A stretch of DNA of 64,000 nt from Alkalispirochaeta sp. Its GTDB lineage: Bacteria > Spirochaetota > Spirochaetia > DSM-27196 > Alkalispirochaetaceae. Where the stretch lies: NCBI GenBank assembly GCA_965242725.1, contig CBDESZ010000026.1:1-64000 (forward strand), written 5' to 3'. Position numbers and translations under genes: made by a program. Position 1 is the stretch's first letter. Each line of letters opens with the position of its first letter. This document shows positions 33,316-43,241 of the stretch, piece after piece. The notes below the pieces were generated by a model, which was not told the origin of the DNA, did no database searches, and saw only the letters and a list, made by a program, of their open reading frames with translations.

Positions 33316-33740
33316 TGCTTAGTCCAAAGAGAGTTCGTTTTAGAAAACGACAACGACGGGTCAAGCGCGACCTGAAGGGTGATACCTTTCGGGGGAATAC
33401 GATCGCTTTCGGCGATTACGGTCTCGTTGCGCTTGAGGGTGAATGGATCACCAACCGTCAGATAGAAGCGGCTCGTATCGCCATGACGCGTAAAATCAAG
33501 CGTGGCGGAAAAGTGTGGATCCGGGTTTTTCCGGACGTCCCGTACACGAAGAAGCCGGCTGAAACGAGAATGGGTAAAGGTAAAGGAAGCCCCGAGTACT
33601 GGGTAGCCGCTGTAAAGCGCGGGCGGGTTCTTTTTGAACTGGCCGGTGTCGAGCACGAGCTTGCTGAAGCGGCTCTTACACTCGCGGCGAGCAAGCTTCC
33701 GATAAAAACGCGGTTTGTTGCGCGGAAAGGAGTTGAGTGA
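33315..33740 (+). CDS. rplP: 50S ribosomal protein L16
   Basis: [15 protein letters not shown]. Confidence 0.97.
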   Translation: MLSPKRVRFRKRQRRVKRDLKGDTFRGNTIAFGDYGLVALEGEWITNRQIEAARIAMTRKIKRGGKVWIRVFPDVPYTKKPAETRMGKGKGSPEYWVAAVKRGRVLFELAGVEHELAEAALTLAASKLPIKTRFVARKGVE

Positions 33741-33741
33741 A

Positions 33742-33954
33742 ATGAAAAACTCTTTTCGCGACCTTACTTTCGAAGAACTGATCGTAAAACGGGAAGAATT
33801 GAATCGGAAGTACATGGACGCACGGATCGATAAGGTCGTAGGTCATGTTGAAAATCCCCTTGCGGTTCGTACCTTGCGTCGACAGATTGCGCGTTTGAAT
33901 ACGTTGATTTACAACCACGCCGAGGTTGCGGCGGTTGAAGAGGAGAACGCGTAA
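33742..33954 (+). CDS. rpmC: 50S ribosomal protein L29
   Basis: [12 protein letters not shown]; operon position. Confidence 0.93.
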   Translation: MKNSFRDLTFEELIVKREELNRKYMDARIDKVVGHVENPLAVRTLRRQIARLNTLIYNHAEVAAVEEENA

Positions 33955-34223
33955 TGGCGGCAGAGACGATCAGAACCACCGGAAAAAAGGTGTTTCAGGG
34001 ACGGGTCGTGAGCGACAAGATGGAGAAGACGATCGTTGTACGCGTGGAAGGACGGAAGGTTCATCCCCTGTACAAGAAGTACGTTAACTTCTCCAAGAAG
34101 CTGAAGGCCCACGATGAAAACAATGAGGCCCATGTGGGTGACACGGTGCGTGTCGTGGAGTCCAGGCCGATCAGCAAAGACAAGTGCTGGCGCCTCGTGG
34201 AAATCGTTGAGCGGGCTCGCTGA
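33954..34223 (+). CDS. rpsQ: 30S ribosomal protein S17
   Basis: [26 protein letters not shown]. Confidence 0.97.
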   Translation: MAAETIRTTGKKVFQGRVVSDKMEKTIVVRVEGRKVHPLYKKYVNFSKKLKAHDENNEAHVGDTVRVVESRPISKDKCWRLVEIVERAR

Positions 34224-34234
34224 GGTATGGTGCA

Positions 34235-34603
34235 ATGATTCAAATGCAGACGTTTTTGAATGTAGCGGACAATAGCGGCGCAAAACGGGTGCAATGCATA
34301 AAGATCCTCGGAGGAAGCAAACGAAAATACGCTTCCGTCGGAGACGTTATCGTTGTAGCCGTAAAGGACGCGTTGCCGAATGCTCCGGTGAAAAAAGGGA
34401 CCGTTGAACAGGCGGTAATCGTTCGGACCAAAAAGGAGTTTCGTCGTGCCGACGGAACGTATATCCGCTTTGATGATAATGCGTGCGTTATTATCGATAA
34501 GACCCATAACCCCAAGGGAAAGCGGATCTTTGGCCCGGTGGCGAGAGAATTGCGAGATGCGGACTATATGAAGATCGTATCTCTCGCGCCTGAAGTGTTG
34601 TAG
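34235..34603 (+). CDS. rplN: 50S ribosomal protein L14
   Basis: [23 protein letters not shown]. Confidence 0.98.
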   Translation: MIQMQTFLNVADNSGAKRVQCIKILGGSKRKYASVGDVIVVAVKDALPNAPVKKGTVEQAVIVRTKKEFRRADGTYIRFDDNACVIIDKTHNPKGKRIFGPVARELRDADYMKIVSLAPEVL

Positions 34604-34617
34604 GAGCATCGTTGATT

Positions 34618-34926
34618 ATGAATACGAAGCTGAAGAAAAACGATCCGGTGGTAGTGATTGCCGGAAAAGACAAGGGAAAAACCGGGCGTATCCTGCGTAT
34701 CGATCGTGAGAAGGGACGTGTTCTCGTAGAGGGCGTCAACATGGTCAAGAAAGCGCAGCGTCAGCGCAGCCAGAATGAGAGCGGCGGTATCATCGAGAAG
34801 GAAGCGACAATCGCGATTTCTAACGTGATGTACGCCGGCAAGGACGGCAAGCCCGCACGCCTGGGCTTTCGCACCGAGGGCGGTGAGAAGGTCCGGTTTT
34901 CCAAGAAAACGGGGGATACGGTCTGA
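34618..34926 (+). CDS. rplX: 50S ribosomal protein L24
   Basis: [18 protein letters not shown]. Confidence 0.96.
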   Translation: MNTKLKKNDPVVVIAGKDKGKTGRILRIDREKGRVLVEGVNMVKKAQRQRSQNESGGIIEKEATIAISNVMYAGKDGKPARLGFRTEGGEKVRFSKKTGDTV

Positions 34927-35474
34927 TGGCAAGTGTACCCACAATGGAAAAGAAGTATCTGGAAACGGTAAAAGGCGAACTCATGAAAGAGTTCGGCTAC
35001 CGTTCCGTGATGGAAGTACCGCGAATCGAGAAGATCGTCCTGAGCATGGGCGTCGGTGACGCGATCGACAACAAGAAGGCGATTGAGAGCGCTCAGAACG
35101 AGCTTTCCCTCATTGCCGGACAGCGCGCCGTGAGAACAAAGGCACGCAAGTCGATTGCGAACTTCAAGGTTCGGGAAGGTATGGAAATCGGCGCGAAGGT
35201 TACGCTGCGTCGAGCGAAGATGTGGGAGTTTCTCGATCGCCTGGTCAATGTGGCACTGCCGCGGGTCAAGGACTTTCGGGGCATCAATCCAAACGGATTT
35301 GATGGACACGGAAACTATTCGCTGGGTGTAACGGAGCACATTATTTTTCCGGAGATCGATTACGACAAGATCGACAAGATCACCGGACTGAACATTGTAA
35401 TCGTGACGACTGCCAAAAACGATCAGGAAGCCCGGTCGCTTTTGAGCAAAATGAATCTGCCGTTCCGTAAATAG
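34926..35474 (+). CDS. rplE: 50S ribosomal protein L5
   Basis: [21 protein letters not shown]. Confidence 0.97.
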   Translation: MASVPTMEKKYLETVKGELMKEFGYRSVMEVPRIEKIVLSMGVGDAIDNKKAIESAQNELSLIAGQRAVRTKARKSIANFKVREGMEIGAKVTLRRAKMWEFLDRLVNVALPRVKDFRGINPNGFDGHGNYSLGVTEHIIFPEIDYDKIDKITGLNIVIVTTAKNDQEARSLLSKMNLPFRK

Positions 35475-35488
35475 GAAGAGGGGGCTCG

Positions 35489-35674
35489 ATGGCTAAGAAA
35501 TCGTTAATAATAAAGGCGCAACGGAAGCCGAAGTACTCGACGCGTCGGGTAAACCGGTGCCGTGTCTGTGGGCGTCCCCGCGGGTACATGCGCAAGTTTG
35601 AAATGTGCCGTGTGTGTTTCCGGAAATTGGCAAGCGAGGGGTTTATCCCCGGCGTGACAAAGTCGAGCTGGTAG
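35489..35674 (+). CDS. rpsN: 30S ribosomal protein S14, short Zn-binding (type Z) form
   Basis: 61 aa with CRVC..CRVC. Confidence 0.96.
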   Translation: MAKKSLIIKAQRKPKYSTRRVNRCRVCGRPRGYMRKFEMCRVCFRKLASEGFIPGVTKSSW

Positions 35675-35683
35675 GAGAGAGAG

Positions 35684-36082
35684 ATGAGTGTATCTGATCC
35701 TGTAGCTGATATGCTTACCAAAATTCGGAACGGTAGTATGGCCAAGTTTGAGAAGGTTGACATCAATCCTTCAAAAATCAAGCTTGAGATCATCAAGATT
35801 CTGAAGAATGAAGGCTACATCAAGAACTTTAAGAAAATGAGTCAGGACGACCGGGAGTTCATCCGGGTTTTTCTGAAGTATGACGACAAGCAGATGCCGG
35901 TTATTCACGGGATTCAAAAGATCTCTTCACCGGGACGCCGTGTATACACGGGGTATCGCAAGATGCCGCGGGTGCTCAACGGGTATGGTACGTTAATCGT
36001 ATCGACCTCGGCGGGCGTGACCACCGGGCGTAAAGCTGCGGAGAAGCGGGTTGGCGGTGAGCTGATCTGCTCGATCTGGTGA
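35684..36082 (+). CDS. rpsH: 30S ribosomal protein S8
   Basis: [26 protein letters not shown]. Confidence 0.97.
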   Translation: MSVSDPVADMLTKIRNGSMAKFEKVDINPSKIKLEIIKILKNEGYIKNFKKMSQDDREFIRVFLKYDDKQMPVIHGIQKISSPGRRVYTGYRKMPRVLNGYGTLIVSTSAGVTTGRKAAEKRVGGELICSIW

Positions 36083-36094
36083 GGAGGAAGTAGC

Positions 36095-36634
36095 ATGTCT
36101 CGTGTTGGACGAATGCCGGTTCCGATTCCCCAAGGGGTGAGCGTTGCGGTGAAAGACGGATTGATCACCGTAAAGGGACCCAAAGGCGAACTCCAGAAGT
36201 CTCATCGCGGAGAGGTTGCAGTGACCGTTGGCGACCAGGAAGTGGTGGTAGAGCGGACCGCGGAAAGCCGGAAGGCCCGGGGATTTCACGGACTGTATCG
36301 GCAGATTATTCGCAATATGGTTGTCGGAGTTTCCGAGGGGTATTCCCGTACCCTGCTTATAACGGGTGTCGGTTTTCGCGCTGAGGTGAGCGGAAGCTCC
36401 ATCATGCTCAACCTGGGATACAGCAATCCCATTGAGTTCCGTCTTCCCGACGGAATCACCGCGGAAACGGACGGTCCCAACAAATTAACGGTACGGGGTA
36501 TCGATAAGGAGTTGGTAGGAAAGGTCGCCTCGGAGATTCGCAAGATCAGACCGCCTGAACCGTACAAGGGCAAGGGCGTGAAGTACGAGGACGAGTATGT
36601 ACGACGGAAGGTCGGAAAGTCCGGTATTAAGTAG
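36095..36634 (+). CDS. rplF: 50S ribosomal protein L6
   Basis: MSRVG, RPPEPYKGKG. Confidence 0.97.
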   Translation: MSRVGRMPVPIPQGVSVAVKDGLITVKGPKGELQKSHRGEVAVTVGDQEVVVERTAESRKARGFHGLYRQIIRNMVVGVSEGYSRTLLITGVGFRAEVSGSSIMLNLGYSNPIEFRLPDGITAETDGPNKLTVRGIDKELVGKVASEIRKIRPPEPYKGKGVKYEDEYVRRKVGKSGIK

Positions 36635-36649
36635 GACGGGTAGAACGAT

Positions 36650-37009
36650 ATGAAACGAATCATTGAAAAGAATCGTCGCCGGACTAAGCGGAAAATGCGG
36701 GTACGCGGACGGGTGACCGGTACGGCACAACGACCGCGTCTGACCGTGTTCCGTTCTAACAAGAATATCTACATTCAGGCGATCGACGACGAAAACAATC
36801 AGACGATCGCGTCGGCGTCCACGGTGAGCGGAGAGATGAAAAGCCTCAAGGCAAACGTGGAAGACGGCCAGAAAATCGGCGAGGCCATCGGGAAGGAACT
36901 CGTTGGCCGGAAGATCAAAGAAGCGGTGTTTGACCGCAACGGATACCTTTACCATGGTGTAGTGAAATCCGTCGCTGAAGGTGCCCGCAAAGCCGGCGTA
37001 AAGTTCTAG
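36650..37009 (+). CDS. rplR: 50S ribosomal protein L18
   Basis: [20 protein letters not shown]. Confidence 0.97.
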   Translation: MKRIIEKNRRRTKRKMRVRGRVTGTAQRPRLTVFRSNKNIYIQAIDDENNQTIASASTVSGEMKSLKANVEDGQKIGEAIGKELVGRKIKEAVFDRNGYLYHGVVKSVAEGARKAGVKF

Positions 37010-37019
37010 GGGGTATTGC

Positions 37020-37514
37020 GTGGATCGTGGTATGGATAAAGAGTTTGCAGAAAAACTGATCAAGCTGAACCGGGTTGCGAAAGTAGTAAAAGGCGGACGG
37101 CGCTTCTCCTTTTCCGCCCTTGTTGTGGTAGGTGACAAGAATGGTCGTGTCGGCTATGGCTACGGAAAAGCGAACGACGTTTCTGAAGCCATCAGGAAGG
37201 GTGTGGATCGTGCCAAACGAAGCATGATCGAAGTTCCCCGGCAGAAGCATACTATTCCGCATACGGTACAGGGTCGGTTCAAGAGCGCAAACGTCCTGTT
37301 GAAACCTGCGGCACCCGGTACCGGAATTATCGCCGGTGGACCGGTGCGTGCGGTATTGGAAGTCGGCGGCATCAACGACGTATTGAGCAAGTCGATGGGA
37401 AGCCAGAACGCCGTCAATATTGTAAAGGCCGTCTTTGAGGGACTCGGTGGGCTGATGCAGGCGCGACAGGTTGCGCACAGCCGTGGAAAGTCTCTCAAGG
37501 ATATGTGGGGGTAA
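37020..37514 (+). CDS. rpsE: 30S ribosomal protein S5
   Basis: [23 protein letters not shown]. Confidence 0.97.
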   Translation: MDRGMDKEFAEKLIKLNRVAKVVKGGRRFSFSALVVVGDKNGRVGYGYGKANDVSEAIRKGVDRAKRSMIEVPRQKHTIPHTVQGRFKSANVLLKPAAPGTGIIAGGPVRAVLEVGGINDVLSKSMGSQNAVNIVKAVFEGLGGLMQARQVAHSRGKSLKDMWG

Positions 37515-37518
37515 GGTC

Positions 37519-37698
37519 GTGAAGGTACGTATCACACTTGTGAAAAGTCCCCTTGGACGAAAACCGAATCAACGCAGAACGGTAGAAGCTCTCGGGTTGA
37601 AGCGGATTCGTCACAGCGTCGTTCACGAAATGAATGACGCGATCCAAGGAATGATTAATACCGTTTCCCATTTGGTACATGTCGAGGAAGAGAAATGA
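37519..37698 (+). CDS. rpmD: 50S ribosomal protein L30
   Basis: ITLVKS..ALGL..GMI..VSHLV; GTG start. Confidence 0.95.
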   Translation: MKVRITLVKSPLGRKPNQRRTVEALGLKRIRHSVVHEMNDAIQGMINTVSHLVHVEEEK

Positions 37699-38156
37699 GT
37701 ACAATCCATTTACCGGAAGGTGCGACGAAACAGCGGAAACGACTCGGCCGGGGAATCGGATCGGGTAACGGAAAGACGTCGGGCAAGGGCCACAAAGGTC
37801 AGAATGCCCGATCCGGAGGCGGTGTACGTCCCGGGTTTGAGGGTGGTCAAATGCCCCTGTACCGTCGTATCGCCCGTCGCGGTTTTTCAAACTATCATTT
37901 CAAGAAGACGTATTTCCCGTTGAATCTTGACCAGCTCGCACTCTCTTTTAAGTCTGACGAGACGGTGGATCTCGATTCACTGAGGAAGAAGAAGGTGATC
38001 GGGAAAAACGTCAATGATGTGAAAGTTCTCGGTCGCGGGGAAATTGACAAAGCCCTCACCATTCGGGGACTTGTCGTCTCAGCGGGAGCGCGAGGCAAGA
38101 TCGAAGCGGCCGGCGGCAAGATTGTCGATGTCGCTTCTGAAGGAGCTGAAGGGTAA
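37695..38156 (+). CDS. rplO: 50S ribosomal protein L15
   Basis: [16 protein letters not shown]. Confidence 0.97.
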   Translation: MSTIHLPEGATKQRKRLGRGIGSGNGKTSGKGHKGQNARSGGGVRPGFEGGQMPLYRRIARRGFSNYHFKKTYFPLNLDQLALSFKSDETVDLDSLRKKKVIGKNVNDVKVLGRGEIDKALTIRGLVVSAGARGKIEAAGGKIVDVASEGAEG

Positions 38157-38161
38157 GCCAT

Positions 38162-39487
38162 ATGGCCTCGAATCCGATTGCGGACATTTTTAAGATCAAG
38201 GATCTCAGGGAACGGGTGCTTTTCACCTTAGGAATGCTTGCCATTTTTCGCCTTGGTGCGACGATACCGATCCCCGGGATCAACTTGAACGCGCTGCAGA
38301 CGTACTTCCTGACCCAGCAAGCGGGAGCGGGGATCTCGGTTACCGATTATCTCGACTTCTTTGCGGGAGGAGCATTTTCGCGGTTCAGCGTCTTTATGCT
38401 CGGCATCATGCCCTACATATCGATGTCGATCATTATGCAACTCCTGCTCCTGGTCTTCCCGAGTCTCAAGAAGATCTCCGAGGAAGAGGGCGGGCGCAAG
38501 AAGATACAACGATATACGCGGTACGGTACCGTCGTGGTAGCGCTTATTCAGTCATTTGCCGTGACCGTCTATGCGGACAGCATTCCCGATGCGATAACAA
38601 TTTCACGGGGATTGTATACGGTGGTTTCCATGCTGTCGGTAACGACGGGTACGGTATTTCTCATGTGGCTCGGTGAACAGATCAACCAGCGTGGTATCGG
38701 AAACGGAATATCATTGCTGATATTCAGCGGTATCGTCGCGCGGATGCCCAACGCCATCTGGATTCTCCTGCAGCGTGTCCGCACCGGTGATTTGAACCCC
38801 GTCTTCGTGATTGTCGTATTTGTCATGTTTGTCGGTGTTGTGGCGCTGGTCATATATGAGCAGCGGGGACAGCGAAAAATCCCGATTCACTACGCCAAAC
38901 GCGTCGTCGGACGCAGAATGTATGGAGCGCAGAACACCTACGTTCCCTTCAAGATCAATCCGTCCGGCGTCATTCCGGTCATATTCGCGTCAAGTGTCCT
39001 GACCTTCCCGCTGCAGATTGCACAGGGACTCGGCCCGGGCGTGAGATGGCTGCAACGGCTGGCATTCTGGATGCGACCCGATGGAACGGCGTATATCATC
39101 GTCTATACGGTGCTCATCATCTTCTTCGCCTACTTTTATACGCAGGTGACGTTGAACCCCATTGAGATATCAAAGAACATCCGTGAAAACGGCGGTTCGA
39201 TACCGGGGATCCGCAGCGAGAAGATGGAAGAATACTTCACCCGGGTGCTGAATCGGATTATTCTGCCGGGTGCAATATTCCTTGCATTCATCGCGGTTAT
39301 ACCGACGCTGATTCAGCGAATGTTCAATTTTCCGCAGCAGGTTGCATTTCTGCTCGGTGGAACGTCGCTGCTGATTATGGTCGGAGTTGATTTGGATCTT
39401 ATGTCCCAGATCGAGGGACATTTGAGAATGCACCATCACGACGGACTCACCAGGAAGGGTCGGATCAAGTCGCGACGGAGCTTGTAA
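38162..39487 (+). CDS. secY: Preprotein translocase subunit SecY
   Basis: LGIMPYI, GIGNGISL, GVIPVIFA, GGTSLLI. Confidence 0.98.
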   Translation: MASNPIADIFKIKDLRERVLFTLGMLAIFRLGATIPIPGINLNALQTYFLTQQAGAGISVTDYLDFFAGGAFSRFSVFMLGIMPYISMSIIMQLLLLVFPSLKKISEEEGGRKKIQRYTRYGTVVVALIQSFAVTVYADSIPDAITISRGLYTVVSMLSVTTGTVFLMWLGEQINQRGIGNGISLLIFSGIVARMPNAIWILLQRVRTGDLNPVFVIVVFVMFVGVVALVIYEQRGQRKIPIHYAKRVVGRRMYGAQNTYVPFKINPSGVIPVIFASSVLTFPLQIAQGLGPGVRWLQRLAFWMRPDGTAYIIVYTVLIIFFAYFYTQVTLNPIEISKNIRENGGSIPGIRSEKMEEYFTRVLNRIILPGAIFLAFIAVIPTLIQRMFNFPQQVAFLLGGTSLLIMVGVDLDLMSQIEGHLRMHHHDGLTRKGRIKSRRSL

Positions 39488-39505
39488 CTGGAGTAAGGTG
39501 GTAAT

Positions 39506-39622
39506 ATGAAGGTTCGTGCAAGTGTAAAACCGATTTGTGCCAATTGTAAGATAATCCGGAGACGCGGAGTCGTTCGGGTTATTTGTACCAATCCTAAGCA
39601 CAAACAACGCCAGAAGGGGTAA
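39506..39622 (+). CDS. rpmJ: 50S ribosomal protein L36 (Zn-ribbon form); below the ORF-track cutoff
   Basis: Manual translation [38 protein letters not shown]. Confidence 0.96.
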   Translation: MKVRASVKPICANCKIIRRRGVVRVICTNPKHKQRQKG

Positions 39623-39625
39623 TTG

Positions 39626-39991
39626 ATGGCTCGTATTGCAGGAATAGATCTTCCGAATAAGCATGTCGATGTTGCGCTCACATACATTTACGGGATCGGC
39701 CGGTCATCGGCGATCGCAATCTGTAAGGCCGCAAACGTGGACACGGAGCGTCGGGTAAATGATCTCAACGCAGAAGAAATAAATGCCGTACGGCAGATAA
39801 TCGAAAATGATTACACCGTTGAGGGACGTCTTCGGACTCAGGTCTCGCTGAACATCAAACGGTTGATGGATATCGGTTCCTATCGAGGCCTCCGTCATAG
39901 AAAGGGCCTGCCCGTTCGCGGACAGCAGACCCGGACGAATGCCCGTACCCGGAAGGGAAAACGGAAGACGGTCGCAGGAAAGAAGAAATAG
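39626..39991 (+). CDS. rpsM: 30S ribosomal protein S13
   Basis: ARIAG, YRGLRH..LPVRGQ. Confidence 0.97.
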   Translation: MARIAGIDLPNKHVDVALTYIYGIGRSSAIAICKAANVDTERRVNDLNAEEINAVRQIIENDYTVEGRLRTQVSLNIKRLMDIGSYRGLRHRKGLPVRGQQTRTNARTRKGKRKTVAGKKK

Positions 39992-40005
39992 GGAGGGCCT
40001 GAACT

Positions 40006-40389
40006 TTGGCCAAAGTGACGAAGAAAAAGAAAGAAAAGAAGTCAATTTACGAGGGGCGAGTTGTCATTCAGGCGACGTTCAACAACACCATCGTGACGAT
40101 CAGCGACATGAACGGCAACGTCGTGTCCTGGAGCAGCGCGGGTTCTCTCGGTTTTCGTGGGGCGAAGAAATCGACACCCTATGCGGCGCAGTCAACGGCG
40201 GAGACCGCCGGACAGAAGGCTCTTTCTTCAGGACTCCAGGAAGTTCACGTCTTCGTGAAAGGTCCCGGTGTCGGACGGGAGTCCGCCATTCGCGCCCTCG
40301 GGCAGCTTGGACTGAAGGTACGGTCGATAGAAGATATTACCCCGATCCCCCACAACGGGTGTCGTCCGCGCAAGAGTCGGCGCGTATAA
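40006..40389 (+). CDS. rpsK: 30S ribosomal protein S11
   Basis: [20 protein letters not shown] start with GGAGG RBS. Confidence 0.97.
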   Translation: MAKVTKKKKEKKSIYEGRVVIQATFNNTIVTISDMNGNVVSWSSAGSLGFRGAKKSTPYAAQSTAETAGQKALSSGLQEVHVFVKGPGVGRESAIRALGQLGLKVRSIEDITPIPHNGCRPRKSRRV

Positions 40390-40413
40390 TCCGGTCCGGG
40401 AAAGGAGACAGGT

Positions 40414-41466
40414 ATGGCTCGAAAAGCATTACTCAAAGGGTTTAAACGCCCAAAAGGGATCACCTTTGAACCGAGCGAATCTGGTCCGGACCACGGGACG
40501 TTTGTTGCATATCCCTTTGAACGTGGATACGGCACTACGATAGGGAACTCTCTCCGTCGGGTGCTGCTCAGTTCCATTCCAGGATGCGCAGTGACGGCGG
40601 TCCGGATCACCGTCTACGATAAAGACGGAAACCAGCGCTTTCTATCCAACGAATATGAATCCATTCCGGGGATCGTTGAAGACACGCCGGATATTCTCAA
40701 TCGCATCAAGCGACTGCAGATCCGGTTGCCCGATGAAACGGATCAGAAAGTTCTCTTTATAGAGCTGAAGGGTGCGCAGACGGTTACGGGAAAGGCATTC
40801 GCCGTTGACGGTATCGAGATCACGAATCCCGATATTCCGGTGATGACCCTCATGGAAGACGGATGGCTCGATATTGAACTGCAGATCGATCTGAACCGCG
40901 GCTACGTCGCGGCGGAGCAGAACGAGCAGTACATCGACGAGGTGGGTACCATTCCGTTGGACGCGGTCTATTCGCCCATTCGCCGGGTCAAGTATTCCAT
41001 CGAAAATACCCGGGTCGGTCAACGGAACGACTACGACAAGCTGATCCTGGACGTATGGACCGACGGGACGATCTCGCCCGTAGACGCCGTCGGAGAAGCG
41101 GCAAAGATCGCCAAGGACCACTTCGACGTCTTCATCAATTTCAACGAGGACGAAGTCGGATCGGATGACGAGGAAGATGAGGACATGAAGCTTGTCCGGG
41201 AGATCCTGTCGACACCGGTTGACGAACTGGAGCTCTCGGTGCGGGCGAGCAACTGTCTGAAAAATGCCAACATCAACAATCTCGGCGATTTGACACAGAA
41301 GACGGAAGACGAAATCGCCAAGACGCGTAACTTCGGAAAAAAATCTCTCCAGGAGATAAAGGAGAAGTTACAGGAGTGGGAACTGAGCCTCGGCATGACG
41401 GACTATACCGTCCTGAAGGACAACCCCGTGTTCCTGAAGAAAAAGGAAGAGAAGAATGAAGCATAA
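40414..41466 (+). CDS. rpoA: DNA-directed RNA polymerase subunit alpha
   Basis: [37 protein letters not shown]. Confidence 0.98.
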   Translation: MARKALLKGFKRPKGITFEPSESGPDHGTFVAYPFERGYGTTIGNSLRRVLLSSIPGCAVTAVRITVYDKDGNQRFLSNEYESIPGIVEDTPDILNRIKRLQIRLPDETDQKVLFIELKGAQTVTGKAFAVDGIEITNPDIPVMTLMEDGWLDIELQIDLNRGYVAAEQNEQYIDEVGTIPLDAVYSPIRRVKYSIENTRVGQRNDYDKLILDVWTDGTISPVDAVGEAAKIAKDHFDVFINFNEDEVGSDDEEDEDMKLVREILSTPVDELELSVRASNCLKNANINNLGDLTQKTEDEIAKTRNFGKKSLQEIKEKLQEWELSLGMTDYTVLKDNPVFLKKKEEKNEA

Positions 41467-42076
41467 GATCGGTTTTAATCGCCTTGGAAGGCGCGCGGGA
41501 CATCGTAAGGCGATGACGCGAAATATGTTGACCTCTTTGTTCCGGCACGGCCGTATTCGGACGACCAAGGCAAAGGCTCTTGCGGTCCGTAGAACGGCTG
41601 AAAAGATGATCACCCGGGCAAAGGTGGATAGTGTCCACAATCGACGCATGATCGGTCGGGAGATCAAGGACCAGGAAACACTGGCAAAGATGTTTACCGA
41701 AATCGGTCCCCGTTTCAAGGAACGGCCGGGCGGTTACACACGGGTGCTGAAACTTGGACCTCGTCCGAGCGACGCCGCGGAAATGGTCATCCTCGAAATA
41801 CTGAGCGAGGATGAGGGTAAACCGGAAAAGAGCTCAAAGAAGAAGGCCGGGACCAAAAAATCCGCGACTGCCGGAACGGATTCCAAGAAGACGGCGTCAA
41901 AGAAAGCCTCTTCCAAGAAGGAAGATGGTTCCGAAAAGGCGGAAGAAAAGAGCTCCCCGAAGAAGAGCGCCGTCAGGAGCGAGGATAGCGAACCCTCTGA
42001 AGAAACGGCTGCCGCGGAAGCCTCAGCGGAAGACGACCAGGCTGAAGAAGCCGCGTCAGACAAGGACGAGAAGTAA
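41456..42076 (+). CDS. rplQ: 50S ribosomal protein L17 with a long low-complexity C-terminal tail
   Basis: [15 protein letters not shown]; ~85 extra Lys/Ser/Ala/Glu-rich residues. Confidence 0.96.
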   Translation: MKHKIGFNRLGRRAGHRKAMTRNMLTSLFRHGRIRTTKAKALAVRRTAEKMITRAKVDSVHNRRMIGREIKDQETLAKMFTEIGPRFKERPGGYTRVLKLGPRPSDAAEMVILEILSEDEGKPEKSSKKKAGTKKSATAGTDSKKTASKKASSKKEDGSEKAEEKSSPKKSAVRSEDSEPSEETAAAEASAEDDQAEEAASDKDEK

Positions 42077-42115
42077 CACACAATCGATGTCGTGCCTCCA
42101 GGCACATGGAGATAG

Positions 42116-42144
42116 AACACCGGCTTCAAGCCGGTGTTTTTTTT
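42116..42144 (+). terminator. Intrinsic terminator of the alpha operon
   Basis: AACACCGGCT-TCA-AGCCGGTGTT followed by a T-run. Confidence 0.85.
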
Positions 42145-42148
42145 GGGA

Positions 42149-42314
42149 CAGGAAGTTGTATACACATTCGTGTTGCACATCGAGACCAAAGTTTCTGCGG
42201 GGTCATGACTTACGGGCGCCGGAAGCCGGCTTGCCCCGTATTTCCGGTTGGTACCAGGAGATAGCTCCTGTTTTGCAACAACATTATGTATACCTAACGT
42301 TGAAAGAACGCCTG
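42149..42314. ncRNA. Candidate structured non-coding RNA, family unassigned
   Basis: Nested complementary segments GTATACA/TGTATAC, TGTTGCA/TGCAACA, ACCAA/TTGGT, TGCGGGG/CCCCGTA plus two local hairpins in an ORF-poor gap. Confidence 0.35.
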
Positions 42315-42327
42315 CGGATCGGAACGC

Positions 42328-43167
42328 TCAGGGAAGGGAACCCTCGAGGCGGCTCATGCTGCTCGGGCCGGTCCAACGTGCCGTTACTTCGCCGCTCGGA
42401 AGCAGTACGATTGTCGTCGGCGTCCCCCGGATCTGAAATTGTGACGAGAGAGCGCCGCTGCGGTCGAGGACGACGGGATACCGGATATCGTGGCTCACAA
42501 CATACTGACGCACATCTTCTTCAGACGTTTCGGTTCTGGTCATGTTAATCGCGACGAAATGGATTGAATCTTTATGCTCGGCGTAGAAACGCTTTTTTGC
42601 GGGTAGCTCCGCCCTGCAGGGTCCGCACCACGTCGCCCAGAAGGTCAGCACCGTGGGGTTTGACGGGGAGAGCAGGGGAGTATCTCCCAGCTCTGCCGAT
42701 GCGGAAAAGGCGGAGACGGACGGCCCACCCGCGAAAGGTGCGGTGACATAGTCGCTCTGTTCGGCCGCCACGTCGATGACGGCAAGGGAGAAGAGGAACG
42801 CCGTTCCGGCGGAGAAAACGGCGATAAGGGAGGGGAGAAGCAGCCGCCTGTCCCGTACGATTTTGTACGCCCCGTATGTGAGGGCGACGGCCATACCCGC
42901 GAGAAACCCGCCACGTCCACCGGGCATGCGCAAAAGAATCACCGGCGCTCTGATGATCTCTTCCCACCATCGGATGAGAGGCCACAACTTCCACACGAGG
43001 AAGGCGAGGAGCCCCGCGGTCCCGATCGTATCGACCACGGCCTGAGTTCCCACTTCCATGCGTTGACGCAACAGAAAAAGGACGACGTACCCAACGAGAA
43101 TCGCCGCAAATGCCGCCACGACGACGGCGGGAACGAGAAAAGGGCCTAAGGAAAAGGACGTACCCAT
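42328..43167 (-). CDS. Membrane-anchored TlpA-family thiol-disulfide oxidoreductase with a multi-TM N-terminus
   Basis: FWATWCGPC, GTPTT; about four N-terminal hydrophobic helices. Confidence 0.85.
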   Translation of the reverse strand: MGTSFSLGPFLVPAVVVAAFAAILVGYVVLFLLRQRMEVGTQAVVDTIGTAGLLAFLVWKLWPLIRWWEEIIRAPVILLRMPGGRGGFLAGMAVALTYGAYKIVRDRRLLLPSLIAVFSAGTAFLFSLAVIDVAAEQSDYVTAPFAGGPSVSAFSASAELGDTPLLSPSNPTVLTFWATWCGPCRAELPAKKRFYAEHKDSIHFVAINMTRTETSEEDVRQYVVSHDIRYPVVLDRSGALSSQFQIRGTPTTIVLLPSGEVTARWTGPSSMSRLEGSLP

Positions 43168-43241
43168 CGCCGAAACATATGAAAAATACTACATAAGGTC
43201 AAACAGTTGCGTATCTCAACGGGCGTTGAGATAATCTCTCC

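Noticed and set aside
39487..40414. Absence of adk/map/infA and rpsD from the spc-alpha region
   Set aside because: A known arrangement in Spirochaetales, so not unusual.
41811..42548. 245-aa plus-strand ORF overlapping the rplQ tail
   Set aside because: Arg/Pro-rich off-frame reading that crosses a clear terminator and an antisense gene.
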